The notes under the pieces are model-generated. The model was given only the letters and a program-made list of their open reading frames with translations. It was not told the DNA's origin and ran no database searches. Below, one piece after another: positions 56,165-61,032 of a DNA stretch of 61,032 nt. Origin of the DNA: a virus. Lineage: Duplodnaviria; Caudoviricetes. Each line of letters begins with the position of its first letter. Position 1 is the first letter of the stretch. The DNA lies in IMG/VR virus record IMGVR_UViG_3300032219_001145, positions 1 through 61,032 of that record, one strand, 5' to 3'. The position numbers and the translations under genes are program-made.

Positions 56165-56452
56165 TTAATCTCCTAACAAATGAACCAAGTTGGGGTGACC
56201 CGCCTCGCGCAGGCGCAGGGCAATAGTTGCTCGGTCCTGTTCAACCGCCTCTTTCAAATAAAACGCTACAACATGCTTGACGCTGTCCTTGAAAGCTCTG
56301 GCCTGGGCCTGCACCGCCGGGTGCGACTGGTCCCCAACATAGATGATCTTGTCAGCAGAGCGCGCAGCCAACTCTTCCGTTGTCCAGCCGCGCTTTTGCG
56401 TGGTCTCGACAAAGACGCTGCCTACATGTACGGGTGCTGGTGCTGTGATCAT
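56165..56452 (-). CDS. Conserved hypothetical protein
   Basis: RGWTTEELA..DKII..QARAFK. Confidence 0.7.
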   Translation of the reverse strand: MITAPAPVHVGSVFVETTQKRGWTTEELAARSADKIIYVGDQSHPAVQAQARAFKDSVKHVVAFYLKEAVEQDRATIALRLREAGHPNLVHLLGD

Positions 56453-57108
56453 GGTCCAGGTGAATCCGATTTAAGTGGGATGCGAAGCATGCCGTCACGG
56501 TACTCGTCACGGCGGCGACGGCCCTGTTGCTCTGCGCCCAGACCTTGAATGGCCTCTTTGTAAGCCCCACGGAAGTACTGCATCATCTCAGTAGGTCCCT
56601 TTGTGTAGCTGTAGGCCTGGATCAAGCATGCATACAACAACGCCTCAGGGGCATTATTGCTGATCCAAGTGGTCGGATTGGCCGACGAGAGCTGCGTTGG
56701 ACGATAAATGTAGCCAAGCTCCACGCTGTAGCTCTGATTCGGCGTGGGTGCAATGTAGAACGTGTTTTGGTCCCACACGGCGTAGTACTTGGGCGTGCCT
56801 TGCGTGGTGCCGTTGGCCCAGTACTCTTTCATGAAGGACGTGTCCCTGAAGTCCAGGAACAACTGATCGCCACTGGTGGGCGTCAGGATCAGGTACCGAT
56901 GCGTCAAAAGGTCAGTAGGGGCAGTCAGAAACCGGTTGCCCTGGGTCATGCTGCCTGTCACCTCGAGCTTGAAGACGTCCAGGTCAATCTCGCGAAGAAT
57001 CTGGTTCTCCGCCATGGTGATGAAGGTGTCTATTACCGCACTGGTAAACACGTTACTGTTCACCTCGGTGTAGTTTCGGATGTTGGTGACAAGTTCGTTG
57101 TAGGTCAT
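56449..57108 (-). CDS. Head-tail adaptor-like protein
   Basis: MTYNELVTNIRNY..FITMAE..GTPKYY..LLYACL. Confidence 0.7.
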   Translation of the reverse strand: MTYNELVTNIRNYTEVNSNVFTSAVIDTFITMAENQILREIDLDVFKLEVTGSMTQGNRFLTAPTDLLTHRYLILTPTSGDQLFLDFRDTSFMKEYWANGTTQGTPKYYAVWDQNTFYIAPTPNQSYSVELGYIYRPTQLSSANPTTWISNNAPEALLYACLIQAYSYTKGPTEMMQYFRGAYKEAIQGLGAEQQGRRRRDEYRDGMLRIPLKSDSPGP

Positions 57109-57455
57109 GTAATGCTCACAGTCACTTTGCCAACAACGCCTTGCGCGATGAGCGCCTGGTCTTGGATGTACGGCTGCATGTTGGTGCCACCTCGAACACT
57201 GCCAAAACTTTGAAATGCCGTAAAGCCTGGCGCGCCAACAAAAACAGATACGGGCTCGATGCGATCGGGACGCGGATCACGCAATGCAATGGCGTCCCCG
57301 TTGTAACGAAGCGGCTCGAGCTGGGGTTCTTTTGGCTCGTAGTCATCCGGGCACACCATAAAACCGCGCCAGTTCTTGCGCAGGTTGTTGTACTTGTACC
57401 GCTGCCCGCAGTAGTCGCACAGTCCGTAGGAATATATGCCGGTTGCAAAGGCCAT
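57105..57455 (-). CDS. Zinc-finger-containing morphogenesis protein
   Basis: CDYCG...VCPDD.EPKEPQL..DPRPD. Confidence 0.7.
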   Translation of the reverse strand: MAFATGIYSYGLCDYCGQRYKYNNLRKNWRGFMVCPDDYEPKEPQLEPLRYNGDAIALRDPRPDRIEPVSVFVGAPGFTAFQSFGSVRGGTNMQPYIQDQALIAQGVVGKVTVSIT

Positions 57456-57456
57456 G

Positions 57457-58122
57457 TCATACCCCCAGGTCCGGTACAAACTGCACGCTGGCGGTGTCTC
57501 GGTCTTCCATCGCCGCGCGAAGGAAATCCTCTTCGTAAATAGACTTCAAGGCCGCAACTCGGTCAGCAGCAAACTTGAGTGCCAGGTAGTACGCCAGGCC
57601 CGACGCCAAGCAGGGCAAAAACCTAAAGTTGACGTCGGAAGTGTTGGTGTACGCGCCGGCGTCTTGGATGCGACGAATGCGGTAGTACACAAAGGTGTAG
57701 TTCTGGTCAGCTGCGGGGTAGAAATACACCTTGGGAGTATTGGTGCGCTCCACATAAAACTGCGCAGGACGGGCCTGCGTGGTCTTGTCAGGCACGTTAA
57801 GGTAGTCTTCACGGCTGATGCGCTCGATGTAGACGTCCGTGTTGATGCCCTGGTTGTTTTGGCGAATAATTGCCTCTAACACATTGACCACGTCGGTCGG
57901 CAACGAAATGCTGCTGGTTCCCTGCACTAGGGCAAAAGTAGCCTGCTCAATGGTCCACAAATTTAACCCGCGATTGGCCCAATCAAGAAACAACAGGTTG
58001 AGCGAGCGACGTGCCGACGTGAGTTGATACCCAGCCGTCGGCCGCATGCCGCAGCGCTCAAAAGACTCTTCGATTAAGTCATCAATCGACAGGTCAAATG
58101 TGGTGGTGTTGGAGGTGGTCAT
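57457..58122 (-). CDS. Head completion/adaptor-like protein
   Basis: IEESFERCG..ARRSLNL..WANRGLNLW..GLAYYLA. Confidence 0.7.
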   Translation of the reverse strand: MTTSNTTTFDLSIDDLIEESFERCGMRPTAGYQLTSARRSLNLLFLDWANRGLNLWTIEQATFALVQGTSSISLPTDVVNVLEAIIRQNNQGINTDVYIERISREDYLNVPDKTTQARPAQFYVERTNTPKVYFYPAADQNYTFVYYRIRRIQDAGAYTNTSDVNFRFLPCLASGLAYYLALKFAADRVAALKSIYEEDFLRAAMEDRDTASVQFVPDLGV

Positions 58123-58787
58123 TTGCTGTACAAGTTGTCAAATGTTGCTTGCGCATCCATGTACGAGTCATCCTGCTCCGCGCAATGTATCCACTGACTG
58201 GGCCTGAAATCAGGTGCACCTTCCCCTGTTTGCCAAAACGCAGGGCTTGTGACCCTGACGCGGTTGTTTGGCAACGCCACAATATTCCCCGTCCACTTGC
58301 CTGCATCAGTCAAAATCAAAACATGACTTTGCTTGTGCTGCGCAGGGCAATCGGCTACCTCGCTCTCTGCGTAATCCACGGTGAACAAGTACCTGCCGGT
58401 GTGAAATTCACCGTCAATCTTGCACAGCCAGGGGCTGGGGCTGGTCCGGGCAAACTTTATCACCGTGTGATGGTGCGACGGGCAGTCCCAAGGCTGCGCC
58501 AGATGTGTGGGCATGCGATCCGGCCACTCCTCCAGTGGGATGTCCCCCACCAGCGCTGTGATCGGCATGCGTGCCCACATAGCCCCTCCATGCACGTTCT
58601 CAGAACCGTCTACTTGGCTCTCACACCCGGTAAACACCACCTGAAAACTCAAGCAACGATCCGGCATGACGTTGACCGCAATAACATTTGCGTGCAAGTA
58701 CTCGCCATGGTACTTCTGGTGCATGTGGGTAAACTCACGTCTAACCCAGCATTTGAAGTACGGAATGTTGCTGATGAGGTATGCCAT
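58119..58787 (-). CDS. Conserved His/Cys/Trp-rich hypothetical protein
   Basis: GGAMWARMPITA, QPWDC, YLFTVDY, QHKQSH, ALPNNR. Confidence 0.75.
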   Translation of the reverse strand: MAYLISNIPYFKCWVRREFTHMHQKYHGEYLHANVIAVNVMPDRCLSFQVVFTGCESQVDGSENVHGGAMWARMPITALVGDIPLEEWPDRMPTHLAQPWDCPSHHHTVIKFARTSPSPWLCKIDGEFHTGRYLFTVDYAESEVADCPAQHKQSHVLILTDAGKWTGNIVALPNNRVRVTSPAFWQTGEGAPDFRPSQWIHCAEQDDSYMDAQATFDNLYSK

Positions 58788-59098
58788 TACTTAGCGCGTT
58801 TACCGCCCGCCATCGTGCCCTTGGACATTTTCTTGGCCGCGCCGCCCGCAGCATAGCCTTTGGACATCATGCCGCCAGCGGCATAGCCCTTGGTCATCAT
58901 GCCTCCGCCCATTTTGCCAATAGGCTTGCCCATGGCCATGCGCTTGTGCTCGTTGACGTTGCCTTTGTTGGCCATGCCGCCTTTAGCCATCATAGGAACG
59001 CCTGTAGAGGTGCTCGTTGAAGAAATCATCTTGTTTGCAGGGCCGCTTTCAACAGCGCCACCGCCGCGCGAAGCGGCTCCCATTCCACGTCCGGCCAT
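58787..59098 (-). CDS. Met/Gly/Lys-rich peptide with repeated xxGG motifs
   Basis: MAKGG, YAAGG twice, MAGG; AGGAG RBS. Confidence 0.7.
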   Translation of the reverse strand: MAGRGMGAASRGGGAVESGPANKMISSTSTSTGVPMMAKGGMANKGNVNEHKRMAMGKPIGKMGGGMMTKGYAAGGMMSKGYAAGGAAKKMSKGTMAGGKRAK

Positions 59099-59099
59099 A

Positions 59100-59324
59100 T
59101 CAAACTCCTTTTTTCATTGCGCGGCCTTTAACGTCGGCCGTTTTACGTTTAACAGCGCGACCCATTTTGTCGCCCATGTCAGAATCTTTCATCATCTTGC
59201 CGCCAGGCATCTTGTGCATGCCTACCGCGCCGCCTTTTTTCATTTTGCCAATGCCATCGGCCGCAAAAGCAGGCACAGATTTGCCGCCTTTTTTGACCAT
59301 CTTTAGTTTCGAGGTTGCCATCAT
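59100..59324 (-). CDS. Met/Lys-rich peptide
   Basis: VPAFAADGIGKMKKGGAV; AGGAG RBS. Confidence 0.7.
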   Translation of the reverse strand: MMATSKLKMVKKGGKSVPAFAADGIGKMKKGGAVGMHKMPGGKMMKDSDMGDKMGRAVKRKTADVKGRAMKKGV

Positions 59325-59330
59325 TGCTCC

Positions 59331-59570
59331 TTACTTTGCTTGCTGAATAAGTTGATCAATTTTTGCTTCAAGGCGGTTAAACCGCTGGTCAATGTGGTCA
59401 GTAATGCGCTGCACTTCTGCTTGAGTGGTGTAATCACGGGCAATTTCCTCTCGTGTTTTATTGAGCAGTATGTCTAGCCGCTTGAGTTCCTCAAATTTGT
59501 CTTTGAGCAAGAAGCCAAGTGCGCCGGTTATTAGGGTCAGAGCGAGCGACCAAGCTGAGTTCAGGTCCAT
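59331..59570 (-). CDS. Small membrane/coiled-coil protein
   Basis: N-terminal TM helix; ILLNKTREE..RLEAKID. Confidence 0.7.
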   Translation of the reverse strand: MDLNSAWSLALTLITGALGFLLKDKFEELKRLDILLNKTREEIARDYTTQAEVQRITDHIDQRFNRLEAKIDQLIQQAK

Positions 59571-60149
59571 TTAGTACAGCTTTCCTTTTGTTCTGCCCCG
59601 TATGGCTATTCCATCTCCGCGCCTTGCTGCTTCAGAGAGCTTGACTGATCCGCCCTTCTTAAATTCGCGAGGGGACACGTCATCAAAGGGGCTACTTTCC
59701 GATTTTTTTTCTGACTTAAACAGGGGAGGGTCTTCTTTAGTTGCTGACGATGCGGGGCTGTCTTTTTTGGACAGAAACTTATTCGCTGCGCTTAAGGCAC
59801 GCCCAACAGGCATGGCTGCAATTGCAGCCTTTCCCGCAGTCATTAAGGCATCCGTGGAAGGTGTATCACCCAATTTTGCGCGCGCATCCCGAAACCCTTT
59901 AGCTGTATCGCTTTCACGATATTTATCCAGCAAACCTTTCTCGCTGGCTTGCGATTTAGGGTACGTAGCGCCTTGAGTAAGTTTTGTTTCGCCTTGAGTC
60001 CTGCTCATGCTCGGCATCTTGTCAATCCGTTTTTGCTCATCGTCCGCAGTGACTGTGCCGTATTTTTTGCCGTTGAACGTAAACGTCTTTTTGCCGTCGG
60101 CGCGAGCTTCTTTAAATGCTTCCTGAAAGGGAGATGGTTTTTTAGCCAT
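59571..60149 (-). CDS. Basic hypothetical protein (192 aa)
   Basis: FQEAFKEARADGKKTFTFNGKKY N-terminal motif; FKKGG and RGDGIAIRG at C-terminus. Confidence 0.7.
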   Translation of the reverse strand: MAKKPSPFQEAFKEARADGKKTFTFNGKKYGTVTADDEQKRIDKMPSMSRTQGETKLTQGATYPKSQASEKGLLDKYRESDTAKGFRDARAKLGDTPSTDALMTAGKAAIAAMPVGRALSAANKFLSKKDSPASSATKEDPPLFKSEKKSESSPFDDVSPREFKKGGSVKLSEAARRGDGIAIRGRTKGKLY

Positions 60150-60158
60150 GTCGCACTC

Positions 60159-60413
60159 CTAGCACTTCCACCTTGCTAAAGCAGCTGCCTTGCGGGTCGG
60201 CTTGCCTTTTTCATCTTTCATCGGCCCCGGCATCCCGCCCATGCGCGCGCAGAACGAGTCTTTGCGCGGGCCGCCTTTGGGCTGTGGGGCCTTGAGGTTG
60301 CTGCCTGTTGCCGCGTTGTACTTGGCACGGCCTTTGGCGGTCAAGCCCGCCCCTTTGGAGACGGGCAATTTCTCGCCACGACCAACCGAAAGGGAGGGGC
60401 CTTTCTTAGCCAT
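60159..60413 (-). CDS. Basic protein, DUF6321-like
   Basis: GLTAKGRAKYN..LKAP..RKDSFCARM..ALARWKC. Confidence 0.7.
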   Translation of the reverse strand: MAKKGPSLSVGRGEKLPVSKGAGLTAKGRAKYNAATGSNLKAPQPKGGPRKDSFCARMGGMPGPMKDEKGKPTRKAAALARWKC

Positions 60414-60715
60414 TACTGCGCTGCTCCACCATAAAAGAACAACGTCACGCTGGTAACTTCAGCGCTGGAAACATCAATAAACACCCCTGAATCAAAGAGA
60501 ATTCCCATATCTGGAAGGATGAGGTCAGTGGCTCCCGCCGCAGCAGGGGTAGTGATGGTCAGCAGTACAGTGCCTGCAGTGGTGCTGCCGTTTTTCAACG
60601 TAAAGGACGCGGCCGTAGCCGTGTTTGTGAAGTAAATGCCAGCTACCCTTGTGCGACCCCCAACTGCATGGCCATCGGCAGTCTTTGTGACTGCCTGAAT
60701 ATTGCTGTTGCTCAT
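60413..60715 (-). CDS. Small virion structural protein
   Basis: 100 aa, beta-rich, GILFDSGVFI..VTLFF. Confidence 0.65.
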   Translation of the reverse strand: MSNSNIQAVTKTADGHAVGGRTRVAGIYFTNTATAASFTLKNGSTTAGTVLLTITTPAAAGATDLILPDMGILFDSGVFIDVSSAEVTSVTLFFYGGAAQ

Positions 60716-60728
60716 GTCGGACCCCTAA

Positions 60729-60914
60729 TTAAGCAGTGCGCGTGAAGACGTATGCTGTGGCACTAGAGAACATGATGGTGAAACGAGCCAAACCTGTCAC
60801 ACCCGAAGCAACGGTCAGGTCGCCAAAGCTGGCAGCGGTATCCACTGCTGCGCTAGACAAAACGCCGTTAACTGCAACAGCAATGGTCACGGTGCTTGCA
60901 CCGCCAGTGTTGTC
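60729..60914 (-). CDS. 3' part of the junction-spanning structural protein starting at 333
   Basis: In-frame continuation DNTGGASTVTIA...AYVFTRTA*. Confidence 0.85.
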   Translation of the reverse strand, partial: DNTGGASTVTIAVAVNGVLSSAAVDTAASFGDLTVASGVTGLARFTIMFSSATAYVFTRTA

Positions 60915-61032
60915 AATGTACAAGTCCATCACAGTGCCTTTGGTAGCGCCAAGAGCAGCACCAAGCAACGTGCCAGTAGGCAGCGTGATGGTTGTGGCAG
61001 CAGCAGAGGTAGATGTGATGTAGCCAGTTGCA
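60915..61032. repeat. Terminal direct repeat, copy 2
   Basis: Identical to 1-118. Confidence 0.95.

Noticed and set aside
60915-61032. Biological direct terminal repeat
   Set aside because: It lies mid-gene and has the size of an assembler overlap
1-61032. Diversity-generating retroelement, recoded stop codons, introns or inteins
   Set aside because: No reverse transcriptase seen; core genes are intact and of normal length in the standard code

Overview
The window is an apparently complete, circularly permuted dsDNA tailed-phage genome. Positions 1-118 recur at 60915-61032, giving a unit length of about 60,914 bp. The layout is podovirus-like: no tape measure, sheath or tube genes, but an adaptor, a nozzle and large ejection-type proteins. 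Almost all genes are on the - strand. In - strand order they are: terminase large subunit, a 1809-aa modular protein, portal, GroES, scaffold, Mu-gpT-like major capsid protein, small basic peptides, adaptors, a repeat tail fibre with S74 chaperone, holin and endolysin, tail nozzle, four ejection-type proteins, an inverted SNF2 helicase plus exonuclease pair, the replication module (SSB-like, primase, UvrD-like helicase, PolA), many small genes, terminase small subunit, and a cassette-like early region. I saw no integrase, tRNA, CRISPR array or reverse transcriptase. Three signals are not explained by the gene list. (1) A non-coding block before terL holds a near-perfect chromosomal parS site next to a strand-oriented array of a Chi-like motif (CCTGGTGG). 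(2) A short [M/F/Y]xxGG peptide tag recurs in many probable virion-internal proteins and divides the 1809-aa protein into segments. (3) There are several structured leader RNAs and a repeated promoter-hairpin-RBS cassette. All family calls come from motif recognition by eye with no database search, and all counts are manual.
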